Positions 1 through 12,839 of a stretch of 64,000 nt of DNA are shown one piece after another. Origin of the DNA: Chiloscyllium plagiosum (taxonomy: Eukaryota). The stretch is from NCBI RefSeq assembly GCF_004010195.1, contig NC_057754.1:9673700-9737699 (forward strand), written 5' to 3'. The notes under the pieces were generated by a model. That model made no database searches. It was not told the origin of the DNA and saw only the letters and a program-made list of their open reading frames with translations. Both the position numbers and the translations under genes were made by a program. Positions within the stretch are counted from its first letter, which is position 1. Every line of letters begins with the position of its first letter.

Positions 1-1602
1 GTTCCTTTATCTGGAATCATAGGTGGCCCCTCATTAAGCTGAAGAAGCTACAGCTTCCACAGGCAAGGGGTGGATTGGACTTCCCAGATTTTAGGAAATA
101 TCAATTAAGTTCCCTATTAAGTTATATAGCTGATTGGGTCTTGTCTGATCCACAATCAATCTGGTTGGACATCGAGGCTTCTCAAGTAAAATACCCACTT
201 ATTAACCTTTTATTCTCAGACAAGAGGAAAATCATTACAGATCACTGTAAAAACCCTATTATACTAAATACAATCAAGGCTTGGAATATAATGCGGCAAA
301 ATGAGGGTAATTCACATAAAACATCCCCCTATGCACCGATAGTGGGAGCATGGGGATTCCAACCGGGGTTATCAGATGCCACTTTTAAACTCTGGAGAGC
401 CAGGGGTATCTCATGTCTTGGGGATTTATTTAAAGATGGGGTCCTGATGTCTTTTGAACAGCTGCGTCTGAAATTCGGATTACCTAATGGAGACCTCTTT
501 CGATATTTCCAAATTCGAGATTATGTACAGAAGAAGACTACGTTATTAGATAGTCTTTATAAATCAGATAGAGAATGTAGAGTGCTACGACCAATGTGGG
601 TATCTTCCGTCAGTACTATTTATCATTTACTACATGATGAAGTATCGGGAGATATGGATAATCTGCTTAAAACATGGGATCAGGATTTGGGACTAGAAAT
701 CTCTATAGAAACGTGGAATGATATTTGGGAAAATGCTAGAAGAATTACTATCTGTAACAGAACCCAGGCTATCCAGCTGAAGATACTTCATAGGGCCCAT
801 ATAGCACCGGTTCAATTGGCAAAATTTAAGGCAGGAGCATCTCCAATGTGTCCCTAATGCAAAATAGAGGTGGGCACTCTTGTACATTGCCTATGGACCT
901 GTCATAAGATCCGTAGATATTGGACTAAAGTAGCAAGTACCCTGGCAGAAATTTTAGGAACAGAAATTAAAGTGGACCTTGTATTTCTCCTCTTGGGCTT
1001 TTCGAACTTTCCCTCCCTGGACACGTACGGGAAGAGACTATTTTCTTTTCTATTCTTTCTTTCTGTGCAAGGAAAAATATTTTGGTGAACTGGGAGGCTG
1101 AGGGCCCCCCAGACTTTCAAATTGGCACAGATTAATTATGGAATGTATTCCCCTTGACTTCCTTACAAATATGGTGCACCGAAAGACCAAATTATTTTAT
1201 AAAATATGGCAGCCCTTCTTGAATTACATAAATACAGATATTTCGGCTATCCTAACAAGGGCTTTTATTTAATTGAGATTACAAACCTGGCTGGTCCGGG
1301 GCCCCTCGGGGGAGGAATCCCGCACGAATACGGGTTTTATTACATCTGATGTTAACACATTCCGAGCATGTAAGAGACTTAAATATACACTCTGGTTAGT
1401 CGTAGGTTAGATTAGTAGATAGTTGAGTTTTGTTTGTTTTTTTTCTTTTTTCAGGTTTTTTTTTGTTTTGTTTTTTTGTTAAATTTTGGCTATTGTATAT
1501 TTGAGCTAATTGTATATCAATGTTTATATCTGAGAGTTTTGTTTATTTTTGTAAACTTGTAAAAATGTTAAATTTCTAATAAAAATATCTATATAAAAAA
1601 AA
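1..1602 (+). mobile_element. L1-clade LINE, 3' end (ORF2 C-terminus, 3'UTR, A-tail), decayed
   Basis: ORFs 75-857/870-1088 give L1 ORF2 C-terminal motifs (GG..PDFRKY, LFRYFQIRD, KILHRAH..P, CP*CK...GTLVHCLWTC zinc-knuckle with a stop); T-rich 3'UTR, AATAAA at ~1578 and A-tail 1595-1602. Confidence 0.9.
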
Positions 1603-1893
1603 GCGCACAGAGCACAAGAACAAGGCGATGTTGAATGTGAGTGTGACGCTTGTTAGACGTCAGCTGGAATATTTTGCGCAATGTGGGCATCACATTATAA
1701 TTGAGATGGGAATGCACTGCAGATAGTGCAGAAGGAATTTACACAAATGGCCTCAGGAATGAAAATCTTAAGTAATGAGAATAGGTCTAAGAAGAAAAGT
1801 CTGAGAGGAGATTTTATAGCGGTTTTCAAAATCATGAGACAGATCAGAATAAACTGTCCTGCTCGTAAAAGGGACAAAAATGAGAGGGAATAG
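1603..1893 (+). mobile_element. Old CR1 LINE fragment, left part (continues at 10422)
   Basis: Similar to the CR1 3' regions elsewhere in the window (e.g. 38500-38800); joins seamlessly to 10426+ when the LTR is removed (gagggaATAG|agttaaag). Confidence 0.75.
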
Positions 1894-2365
1894 TGAGACA
1901 GTCTACAGCCTTAAAACTTGTGTTTAAACATTTAGCTTAAAATATAATGCTGAATTATACAGCACATTTACGACACTAGGAAATAGACAGGCAGAAAGGC
2001 TCAGAAAAAGGGGGGAACTCAAGGAATGCAGAAGATAGGGACATCTGGGCTCACCAAGTGATAACAGGATGCTGTAAGACAATTAAGAACATTTGCCTCA
2101 GCATCGGTGAATCTGTGTGAACAGGACACCAAGTGATAACATTCACAGCCCTTCCCTTGTGAAATTAAGGACAGTGTTCGATTCTGACCCTGAAACAAAA
2201 CTCAGTACTATCAAAAGCTTTGTAATTAATGGTCAGATGCTGCCAATTATAATGGATTCTTATTACCCCCTTGCAAGCGGGACAGACATAGAGAGAAAAA
2301 AAAATCTTTGCTGTTACAGGACCCTGACTTGAGAGTTCAAAAGGACACGAGAGAGAGAGACCATT

Positions 2366-2624
2366 TTAGTACTGAGGCTGTTGGAGCCAGTAGAAAATTA
2401 ACACTTAGTGCTTATCTGCTATGGATTGAATTTAATTGCATTTTGGGACTTTATGATGATACTGAGTAGCCATTACCGGTTACTAAATACAAAACTTAGT
2501 ACTGAGGCTGTTGGAGCCAGTAGAAAATTAACACTTAGTGCTTATCTGCTATGGATTGAATTTAATTGCATTTTGGACTTTATGATGATACTGAGTAGCC
2601 ATTACCGGTTACTAAATACAAAAC
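2366..2624. repeat. 130-bp direct tandem duplication inside the LTR
   Basis: 2366-2495 repeated at 2496-2624 with a 1-bp indel. Confidence 0.95.
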
Positions 2625-2971
2625 TCTGTAAAAGGTAATATTCGTGAAGATTTAACTTACTTGCTGTTCTTGCAGACCACTCCATAGACCTTACAGACTG
2701 CCCCACTGTCAATTTTAACTAATCAGATCTTATTTAAATTTGAATCACAACCTTGAAAAGAAAGCATGTTTAATTCAAAGACTAATGAGTTAGTTTATAT
2801 GCAACCTTATGGTAACATCTCAGCCTCAGGTACAGAGTGATTCAGTGCTTAAAGAGCAGGAGTCTGCTCCTAGCGTAGAAATTATTCTAAGCGTAACATT
2901 GAAGAGATTCTGGTACAATATGTCAGGAAGCTATTTTATGATCAAAAGTTTTGTAAAACAATTGTATCTGA

Positions 2972-4932
2972 TAAGGGAATATCAAGAGGTTCTTCATCCT
3001 CAAAGCTATTCAGGAGGCGAGAGAGAGGTGGGGAAAACTGTCCCAACTCCAGGAAAGTATGCAGAACCTGCTCCTGCTGCAGACAATGGGGGTCGATGTC
3101 ACGGAGGACCTCAAGGAGGTGAAGGTCCAGCAAGCCTCGCTCTTAGCCTCAGAGGCCTCCAAGATAATCTTCCAGTCCAGGGTCTGCTCACGTTTTTCTT
3201 CCAGAAAGAGCTCCGTGCTCAGTAGCCTGAAGGAAGAAGATAGCTTGGTAACGTCATCTCAGGCTGACACCATGAGGATCAGCAAATTCTTCAATGCCAG
3301 TCTGTCTGACTCGAAGCCAACTGACAGCGTGGCCTCCCAGTCATTCCTGTCCTCTATCACGGAGGTCTTAGATGACAGAACACGGGAGAGGCTGGACCAG
3401 CCACTATCTCTGGACAAGCTGACCAAGGCCCTCGAGTCCTTCGAAAAGAATAAAACTCCCGGAAGCGACGGCTTACCGGTCGAGCTCTATTCTGTTCTAT
3501 GGGACTTGCTTGGCCAGGACCTGTTGGAGACGTATGTCAGTATGCTTCGGGCAGGTACCATGAGCGAATCCATGATGAAAGGCATCATCACCTTCATCTA
3601 CAAGCAGAAGGGGGACAGGGAGGAAATCTGAAATTGGAGACCAATCTCACTATTAAATGCAGATTACAAAATCTTGGCAAAGGTCAACACCAACCGGGTC
3701 AGGTCAGCTTTGGGATCGGTGATCCATCCTGACCAAACCTGTGCTGTGCCGGGCAGGAAGATCGCTGAGAGTCTCGCACTCCTCAGGGATACGATTGCCT
3801 ACAGGCAGGACAGGGGGTTGGACACCTGCCACATCAGCCTGGACCATGGAAAGCCTTTGACAGGATATTACACACGTACATGAGAGATGTCCTCTCCTAA
3901 ATGGGCTTTCGGGAGGGAATCTGTAATTGGATCCGACTGCTCTACACCAACAGTGTCAGTGCAGTCTTAATCAATGAGTGGGAATCAGATAGCTTCCCAG
4001 TCAGATCTGGAGTCAGGCAGGGCTGCCCTCTCTCTCCCGCCTTGTTTGTGTGCTGCATAGAGCCATTTGCCAAGTCCATCAGGAAGGATGTGAGCCTGAG
4101 ATGCGTGATTATTCCTGGCAGCGGGGGCCTACAGGTTAAGGCCTCCCTGTACATATAGTGTCCTTGACACCCTTCAGGAAAAGGAGAGGGCGGATCCTGT
4201 CAAGCGGTTCCCTGAGCAGACTGTCAAAGTCATTTGGCAGAATGCCTCATCGCCAGAACTTCCAAACAAAGACATGAGCCTGTGAGATCCTTTATGCAGG
4301 CCTGGACTCTCTGCCGCACCACACACAGCCCTCGAAGCGGCTGTGGAGGGGACAAGACTGTCACATGCCTCTTTCTGGAATGTGCCTACGCATAGGAAGT
4401 CTGGAGACGAATGCAGTGGTGTTTGTCAAAGTTTCGTCTCGAGCAGCTCCGTGACACGGGACTCCGTGCTCTACGGTCTGTGCCCCGGGACACACACCAA
4501 GACGAACATCAACTGTGCCTGGAGGATCATCAACTCGGTCAAAGACGCTCTTTGGTCTGTATAAAACCTATTGATCTTCCAGCTGAAGGAGCTGACCCCG
4601 ACTGAGTGTTGCGGACTGGCACATTCCAAGGTCCAGGACTATGTGTTGAGGGACGTGCTGATGCTTGGGGCAGCTGCCGCCAAGGCGCGGTGGGGAAAGA
4701 CCACCGTGTAAGGTCTGCCTGCCTAAGAAGAACAGGGGGCCCACTCAGAAATAGGGCCCCGCTGATACCTCAGCTAAATATCTTGATGGTCAATGTATAG
4801 ACTTGTACATACGAATGATTAATTCCGATCTCTATATGTAAAGAAATGCAATGTGTGCATAAGAATGGCACAACCAATTGTATAGATATCAAAATAATTT
4901 TATGAATAAAATATTATTGAAATTTAATAAAA
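2972..4932 (+). mobile_element. Tx1-clade LINE copy 1, 5'-truncated, internally deleted
   Basis: Closely matches 7077-9896; KTPGSDGLP and GVRQGCPLSP RT motifs; jumps at ~4155 from SLY(MDD) to the region matching ~9107; own 3'UTR with AATAAA. Confidence 0.92.
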
Positions 4933-7900
4933 TCTACTGCCTGCAGGATTTCCCCAGTCTGGGCTATTTTGATGTGACCTTCAGGAGTGTGAAGCAGGGC
5001 GAGCAGCTCCTGAAGGTTTTCAAGGAGAAGGAAGAGGAGTCACTGTTCTCCATCTTGTCTGTGGTCCTGTTGTGTGTGCTCCCAGCACAGAGGAGTTGGG
5101 TTGTCATCATCCATATGTACAACCCCCATGTCCCAGCAGCTGATGTCCTGACCTTTCTGGGATGGTAAGTACAGGTCGAAGGAGACAGCAACTGATGTGG
5201 TCGACCCTTTCAGAATCCGGACCAGCAAGTGGCTGGTCGCGGTGGATGCCAGCAGGAACATCCTCCACCCACCCTCCAGCTTCGCAATCCGAGGGAGCAG
5301 AGGTTACCTGACTTACACAGGGCAGCCGAAAGTGTGCCGAACCTGCGGGAGGTCAGGCCACATGGCGGCGGATCTTCAGGAACTGTAAGCAGGAGGGTCA
5401 CCTGACCAAGAACTGCAAAGAGGCGAAGAACTGTAACCTGTGTGGAGAGACGGGCCACATGTACAAGGCCTGCCCAAGACGAGGGGGGCAGCCACTTACG
5501 CGCAGATGGCCGGAGGTGGCAAAGGTGAGCCATGGACCCCCAAAGACCAGCAAGGTCCAACCAGACAGCAGGGAAATGGAGTCTGGGGGTACCTAGAAGG
5601 AAGGACAGGGTGGAGCGGAGCAGACGGCAGCCAGCGGAGAGGTACACCAGTCGGCCCAAGCTCCAGCGGGACGGATGGAGGCAATGGAGGAGGAGGTAAC
5701 CAAGGAGGTAAGGGAGTGGATACCTGTGACAAACAGGAAAAGGAAAATCTGCCAGGTCCCCAAAGCCTCCCAGCAAAGGGGGAAACAGCAGCTGCACGAG
5801 GAGGATACAAACAGCTCTTCAGATGGTGAAGGTGGGTGCAAGGAGGGTCGTCACCTTAAGAAGAGGCAGAGCATTGAGGGGAGAAAGGAGGGTAGCACCC
5901 TCCAACCAGGAAGCGAAGCACCCTCTGAGGGGGCTGGTAAAGGCAACCCCCCCAACCACTGAGAACCAGGAGATACCCACTACACCACAGCTCCAGGTAA
6001 CTGGGAACCGCGAACCTTTGGCAGCCCCACTGTCAGACACAGAACTGGATTGTGCGGACCCTGGTCCCGACCTGCTGACACCAGAGCGGGGAAATGACCC
6101 CCAGCGAGGAGCTGGACAGCTACCTCAGCTCTGTGAGGGTCCAGCAATTCGCCTTCACTATGGGGATGCAGACAGCTGCCCCAGAGACAGGACCATTGAC
6201 AAACGGACAGTGATAACTTTGTAAACTGTAAAATGGGCGTTAAAATTGCAAGGATTAAGATGCGTAGCGTTAAATCTTCTACGTGATGTGTTTCTACATT
6301 GGCCTTCCTAGCCAGCGTTAAAGCTGATGTCCCGTTTCTGCAGGAGTGTGGGATACCGCACCTGAGCAGTTACAGGAGGTGGTCGAGCTTGTGGGCCCAT
6401 GGGCCGTCAGTTTGGTCGGGGGGGCAATGATAACCACTCCTCCGGCCTAGGTATCCTGCTGTGAGGAGGCAGCTTCACCATCTCCAAGGTTAAGGAGGTG
6501 GTGGGCGGGCGCCTCCTCATCACCGACGTCATGTACAGGAATGCTCCCCTGAGACTGATTAATGTGTACGCCCCAGTGGGTCAGAGGGAACGTCTGGCCA
6601 TCCTGCAGCAGCTTCCACTGTTGCTGGCTACATCCAGGCCGGTCATTCTGTATCATTGATGCAGATGGACGATCCGGCGGGGGGGACAGTAAACTGGACG
6701 CCACATCCAGAGTTCTGATGGAAACTGTCAAAAATGCCAAGCTGCATGACATCTTCAGCACCCCTGCAGACGGAGCGCAGAGTAGATACACCTGGTCATG
6801 GGCAGACAGGTCTATCCGCTCAAGGATAGATTACCTGTTTGTGTCCCAAACGCTCTCGGTCAGATCCACCGACGTCAAGCCGGTGTTCTTCTCCGACCAC
6901 TGCCTCCTGCTGGCCAACTGTCACCTACAGGACGAGCAGCGGGCTGCTAAGGGAACGTGGAAGCTGAACACAAAGCTGTTGACCCTGGGAAACATTGAGG
7001 AGCTCAAGAGGGACTACGCAGGTTGGAGAACCATGAAGCCCCTCTTTGAGTCTCCAGCGGACTAGTAGGAAACGGTTAAAGGGAACATCAAGAGGTTCTT
7101 CATCCTCAAAGGTGTTCAGGAGGCGAGAGAGAGGCAGGGAAAACTGTCCTAACTCCAGGAAAGTATGCAGAACCTGCTCCTGCTGCAGACGATGGGGGTG
7201 GATGTCATGGAGAACCTCCAGGAGGTGAAGGGCCAGCACGCCTCGCTCTTTGCCTCAGAGGCCTCCAAGATAATCTTCCGGTCCAGGGTCCGCTCGGTGG
7301 AGCAGGACGAGATGTGCTCACGTTTCTTCTTCCAGAAGGTGCACAAGGAGAACTCCGCGCTCAGCAGCCTGAAGGAAAAAGATGTGTTGTTAACGTCATC
7401 TCAGACTGACATCATGAGGATTAGCAAATCCTTCTATGCCAGTCTGTATGACTCGAAGCCAACTGACAGCGCGGCCTCCCAGTTGTTCCTGTCCTCTATC
7501 ACGGAGGTCTTAGACATCAGAACACGGGAGAGGCTAAACCAGCTGCTATCTCTGGAGGAGCTGACCAAAGCCTTCGAAAAGAATAGAACTCCCAAAAACA
7601 ACGGCTTACCAGTCGAGTCCATTTCTGCTGTGTGGGACTTGATTGGCCAGGACCTGCTGGAGGTGTATGTCAGTATGCTTCTGGCAGGTACCATGAGCGA
7701 ATCCATGAGGAAAGGCATCATCACCCTCATCTACAAGCAGAAGGGGGACAGGGAGGAAATTAGAAATTGGCAACCAATCTCGCTGCTAACTGTAGATTAC
7801 AGAATCTTGTCAAAGGTCATCGCCAACTGGGTCAGGTCAGCTTTGGGATTGGTGATCCATCCTGACCAAACCTGCGCTGTACTGGGCAGGAAGATCGCTG

Positions 7901-9896
7901 AGAGTCTCGCACTCCTCAGGGATACGATCGTCTACGTGCAGGACAGGGGGCTGGACACCTGCCTCATCAGCCTGGACCAGGAGAAAGCCTTTGACAGGAT
8001 ATGTCCTCTCCTAAATGGGCTTTGGGGAGGGAATCTGTAATTGGATCCGACTGCTCTACACCAATATTGTCAGTGCAGTCTCAATCAATGGGTGAGAATC
8101 AGAAAGCTTTCCAATCAGATCTGGAGTCAGGCAGGGCTGCCCTCTCTCTCCTGCCTTGTTTGTGTGCTGCATAGAGCCATTTGCCGAGCCCATCAGGAAC
8201 GATGTGAGCCTGAGTGGGGTGACTATTCCTGGCAGCTGGGGCCTGCAGGTTAAGGCCTCCCTGTACATGGATGACGTCGCCGTTTTCTGCTCGGATCCGC
8301 TGTCCATGCGCAGACTCATGTGCATATGTGACCAGTTCGAACGGGCCTCGGGGGCCAAGGTAAACCGAGGCAAGAGCGAGGCCATGCTCTTTGGGAATTG
8401 GGCTGACCAATCCTCCATCCCCTTCACCATCAGGACTGACCACCTGAAGGTGCTGGGTATTTGGTTCGGAGGGGCTGGGGCATGCGCTAAGTCTAGGGAG
8501 GAGTGTATCAGTAAAGTGAGGCAGAAACTGGGCAGTTGGAAGCAACGGTCACTCTCCATCACGTGAAAAAACCTGGTCATCAGGTGTGAGGCACTGTCAT
8601 TGCTATTATACATGGCACAGGTCTGGCCTATTCCCAGAACCTGTGCTGCTGCAGTCACCCGGGCCATCTTACATTTTATGTGGAGATCAAAGATGGACCG
8701 GGTCCAAAGGGACTCGATGTACAAAGCTCTGTGCAATGTGTGAGGCACTGTCATTGCTGTTATACGTGGCACAGGTCTGGCCTATTCCCAGAACCTGTGC
8801 CGTCGCAGTCACTCGGGCCATCTTACATTTTATGTGGAGATCAAAGATGGACTGGGTCCAAAGGGACTCGATGTACAAAGCTCTGTGCAATGGCCATCAA
8901 GCTGTGCGTGGATCCCTGGTATGCAAACACCAAGTGTCACTATGTACTGAGGTTCTACCTGTCCCCGGTGTTGCGAAGGATGGGCCTGGCCTCGCTGCCG
9001 CGGAACGCTCCAAGTAGTTGGACTGTTCCATATCACCTGTCCTTCGTGGAGAAGTTTATGAAGAAAAACACCTTTGACCACAAATCCATCAGGAAGTGGT
9101 CAGCACGTAGTGTCCTTGAGACCCTTCGGGAAAAGGAGAGGGCGGATCCTATCGAGCGGTTCCCTGAGCAGACTGTCAAAGCCATTTGGCAGAATGCCTC
9201 ATCACCAGAACTTGCCAACAAGCACCAAGACATGGCTTGGCTGGTGGTGAGAAGGGCTCTGCCTGTGAGATCCTTTATGCAGGCCCGGACTCTCTGTCGC
9301 TCCGCACGCTGCCCTCGAAGCGGCTGTGGAGGGGATGAGACTGTCACACACCTCCTTCTGGAATGTGCCTACGCAAATGAAGTCTGGAGACGAATGCAGT
9401 GGTGTTTGTCGAAGTTAGTCCCGAGCAGCTCCATGACACTGGACTCCGTGCTCTACGGCCTGTTCCCTGGGACGCACACCGAGCCGAACATCAACTGTGC
9501 CTGCAGGATCATCAACTCGGTCAAAGACTCTCTTTGGTCTGCCCAAAACCTGTTGATCTTCCAGCTGAAGGAGTTGACCCCAACTGAGTGTTGCAGAATG
9601 GCACATTCCAAGTTCCAGGACTACGTGTTGAGGAACACGCTGAAGCTCGGGGCAGCTGCCGCTAAGGCGCGGTGGGGAAAGACGACTGTGTAAGGTCTGC
9701 CTGCTTAAGAACAGGGGGCCCACTCAGAAATCGGGCTCCGCTGACAAGTCAGCTGAACACCTGGATGGTTAACGTACAGACTTGTACATACAAATGACTC
9801 AGTCTGATCTCTGTATGTAAAGATGTGCAATGGCATCACCCACTGTACAGATTTCAAAAGAGTTTTATGAATAAAGTATATGTTTGGAATTAAAAG
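4933..9896 (+). mobile_element. Tx1-clade LINE copy 2, near full length (ORF1 with CCHC knuckles, ORF2 APE-RT-Zn), disrupted
   Basis: ORF1 remnants CRTCGRSGH, CNLCGETGHMYKAC; ORF2 from ATG 6233 to stop 9693 with SRIDYLFV/SDH (APE endonuclease), DQEKAFD, YMDD and CPRSGC..ETVTHLLLEC; several stops and frameshifts; 12-bp TSD AATTGTATCTGA at 2960-2971 and 9897-9908 flanks both copies together. Confidence 0.95.
8584..8891. repeat. 154-bp tandem duplication in Tx1 ORF2
   Basis: 8584-8737 repeated at 8738-8891. Confidence 0.95.
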
Positions 9897-10421
9897 AATT
9901 GTATCTGACATGTGAGCTGTGCAACGTTACCTTATGAACTCTCCAATTAGCTCAGACTTTATGATAAGAGTTTATCTCACTAGCAGGCGCCTAACTCAAC
10001 TGGGTATGTTTTTCCCACCTGATGAATGGCTTAGGGTCTGTTGGAATGATTAATCAAGTGTGCACAGACCTGTCAATTACGAATTATTGTCTTTCATTGT
10101 CTAATTAAGAACAGGCAATGTTTTTTAAATTATTGTATATAAAGTAAGCCAATGTGTATCACTACATCAGATCAGCTTGCTGGGGCACTTGAAGAGCTGG
10201 TACCCTACTCTCCTAGGTTATTAGAACCTAGTTAGTTTAGCTTGTGTTATATTGCAACAGTGATGCTATTAGTGAATAAAGGGGATGGCTAAAATTAAAC
10301 TAAACTGTCCGTAAGAGGGTTTTATTCCAAACTTCCAAAGAGTACGATCTCCGGGATGAACCAAGAGAGAGGCTTTACAGGTCTGAGTCCACGGGGATTC
10401 CCTCAAATCTCCACTTTAACA

Positions 10422-10680
10422 ATAGAGTTAAAGTGACGTGCAAATAAAAGCTCAAGCAATGTCGGAAAAAAACTTTTTCACGCAGTGAGTCTTTATAGAG
10501 TATGGAATGCACTACGTGGAAATGTGGTGGAGGTAGGCTCAATTCAAGAGAACATTGGATGGTTATTTGAAGTAGTGTTCAAAGGTTTGGAGAAAAATCA
10601 CTTGGCCTGTGGTAATGATGTTTCTCTCAAGAGACAGTGCAGGCACAATGGGCTGAATTTATTGAGAGGCGCAACAATTC
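10422..10680 (+). mobile_element. Old CR1 LINE 3' end (right part)
   Basis: ttttcacgcag...tggaatgcact...gtggtggagg CR1 3' signature; continuation of 1603-1893. Confidence 0.75.
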
Positions 10681-11336
10681 TGAGAGTTTGAGACAAGACG
10701 GTGTTTGGAGGTGGGGTAGTAGTTTTCAAGAATATTGCAGTCAGGTGTATACATTTTGAGCAGATGGTGATGACAGCAGATTTGAGGAGGAGAGACAGTA
10801 TTTGAAAAGAGAGAGATCTTTGAACAAAGTAACGGACATGAGAACGTTGGGGGGGGGGGGGGGGGGAAATCAGGCATTTCGTAGTAATAGGGTCAATGGA
10901 CCAGGAGGTGGGACTGATGAACATGAGCGGTACAGAGAGTGTGTGATGAGACAGAGGAGAAAGCTGTGGATTCAAGGCTCAGGCAAACAAGATGTATCTA
11001 GGTACTTTGCTGCCAATGATGAGTGGAAAGCAGGGAGGCAGCCGGTTAGATAATGTTAATCTTAGTGACAAAAGAGGTTGCAGAAGCTCCCTTACACGTG
11101 TTGTTGGAGGTGAAGATGAAGGAGACAGGAGAGTGACGTCCCATCAAAAGGAACTTACTTCTATTAGCAATGTTTAAAAGACTTGACAGACTGTGTTCAT
11201 GACAAAGCTGATTTATTTGACTTTTATCCAGAATATTAATGCTTATGACTGGGCAGAAGTTTATTAGTATCAGCAGGAACCCAATGAACTTGGTCCTGTC
11301 CTTGATCTGATTAACAGCAGAATCTCATCACTGTAG

Positions 11337-12206
11337 TTATTTATGAACTCGCTGGTGTCTAACCAAGGTGGATGACTTAGTAAATCCCATTCCACACTCA
11401 AAGCAGCTGAATGGCCTCTCCCCAGTGTGAACTCGCTTATGCTCCAGTCGACTGGATGAAGTTGCGAATCCCTTTCCACACAAGGAGCAGGAGTACGGCT
11501 TCTCCTGAGTGTGTACTCGCTGGTGTCTCAGCAGGCTGCAAGACTGAGTAAACGTGTTCCCACACTGCAAGCAGGTGAATGGTCTCTCCCCAGTGTGAAC
11601 TCGCTGGTGTCTCAGCAAGCTGAATGACTGAGTGAAACCCTTCCCACAATCGGAGCAGGTGAATGGCTTCTCAGCGCTGTGAACCTGCTGGTGTTTCTGC
11701 AGGTTGGGGAACTGAGCGAATCCTTTCCCACACTCAGAGCAGATGAACGGTCTCTCCCCAGTGTGAACTCGCTGGTGTACAGTGAGGTGAGATGATCGTC
11801 TGAACCCAGACCCACACTGAGAGCACCTGAAAGGTCTGTCATCAATGTGAACACCTTGATGGCGAATCAGTTCCCCAGAGCTTTTATAGCACTTCCCACA
11901 GTCTGGACATTTGAAAGGTCTCTCGTCAGTGTGAACTCTCTGGTGTGTCAGTAGGTTGGATGACAGAGTGAATCCCTTGCCACACTCTGGGCAGGTAAAT
12001 GGCCTCTCTCCAGTGTGACTGCGTCGATGAATTTCCAACTGAGATGGGGATCTGTATCCCTTCCCACAGTCTTCGCATTTCCATGGTTTCTTCCCAGTGT
12101 GACTGCACTTGTGTCTCGACAGGCCAGACGATTGACTGAAGCCTTGTCCGCACGCACGACACATGTATCGTTTCTCCTCACTGAGAACAGTGCTTTTACC
12201 TTCCAT
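11337..12206 (-). CDS. Tandem C2H2 zinc-finger protein A (10 fingers, no KRAB/SCAN/BTB)
   Basis: Open frame from ATG 12206 (MEGKSTV) with 10 C-x2-C-x12-H-x3-H fingers and TGERP-type linkers; likely acceptor tttcccAG at 12315-12316; AATAAA on the minus strand at ~11213. Confidence 0.93.
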   Translation of the reverse strand: MEGKSTVLSEEKRYMCRACGQGFSQSSGLSRHKCSHTGKKPWKCEDCGKGYRSPSQLEIHRRSHTGERPFTCPECGKGFTLSSNLLTHQRVHTDERPFKCPDCGKCYKSSGELIRHQGVHIDDRPFRCSQCGSGFRRSSHLTVHQRVHTGERPFICSECGKGFAQFPNLQKHQQVHSAEKPFTCSDCGKGFTQSFSLLRHQRVHTGERPFTCLQCGNTFTQSCSLLRHQRVHTQEKPYSCSLCGKGFATSSSRLEHKRVHTGERPFSCFECGMGFTKSSTLVRHQRVHK

Positions 12207-12839
12207 GTTCACAGTCCAATGTTATTCAGGTGGGACAAATTGGACAATTCCATCAGATCGAGATGTGATTTTGGGTTTCAGTTTTCCGATTTCAAATCCT
12301 CCTGTTCTAATTCCCTGGGAAATTGATTTGAAACAGAAAAAAAGGGAATGAGAGAAATCCCAAACAAATGCAGGTTATGAACTTGATCTGGATGAATCTA
12401 GTAACTTATGGGGCTGGCATGAGTAAACTATAAACCATATGAACCTCAAGACTGTCATAAAAATCCAACTGGCTCACTACTGACCTTCAGGGAATGGATA
12501 CTAGCCACACTGCCTTGGCTTACACATGGCTCTGGTCTCTACATAAGTCGAAAGAGACCGAGGTGTTCCACACAGCTACAACGTGACCAGGACTTTGACA
12601 GAAAATCCCAAACAACCTCCATCCCTGAGAAACACTACAGCAGCAGGCAGATGTGAACTCCATCAGCTACAAGTTCCTCTCCACACACTTCCTGACTTGG
12701 CCGAAGTGCAGAAAGAATGAGAAGAAATCTCCATTAGAAAGACTGAAGCTACTATTTCAGTCTCTGCTACAAAGGCCAGTTCTGAATACACCCTCCAAGC
12801 ATCTGAGGCTGAACTGAATTGTCAAAGTCATGCTGAAAT

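Larger units (their letters stand above)
1894..10421 (+). mobile_element. Solo LTR (~1.6 kb: 1894-2971 plus 9909-10421), split by Tx1 insertions
   Basis: Starts TG, ends CA, flanked by 4-bp TSD ATAG (1890-1893, 10422-10425); TATA-like TATATAAA at ~10136 and AATAAA at ~10275. Confidence 0.8.

Noticed and set aside
4933-6224. Host ZCCHC3-like gene
   Set aside because: The CCHC knuckles lie directly upstream of a Tx1 ORF2 and are broken by stops and frameshifts; this is LINE ORF1
11437-12326. Alternative-frame and antisense ORFs over the ZNF genes (also 22755-24030, 43476-43679)
   Set aside because: Typical shadow ORFs of repetitive C2H2 arrays
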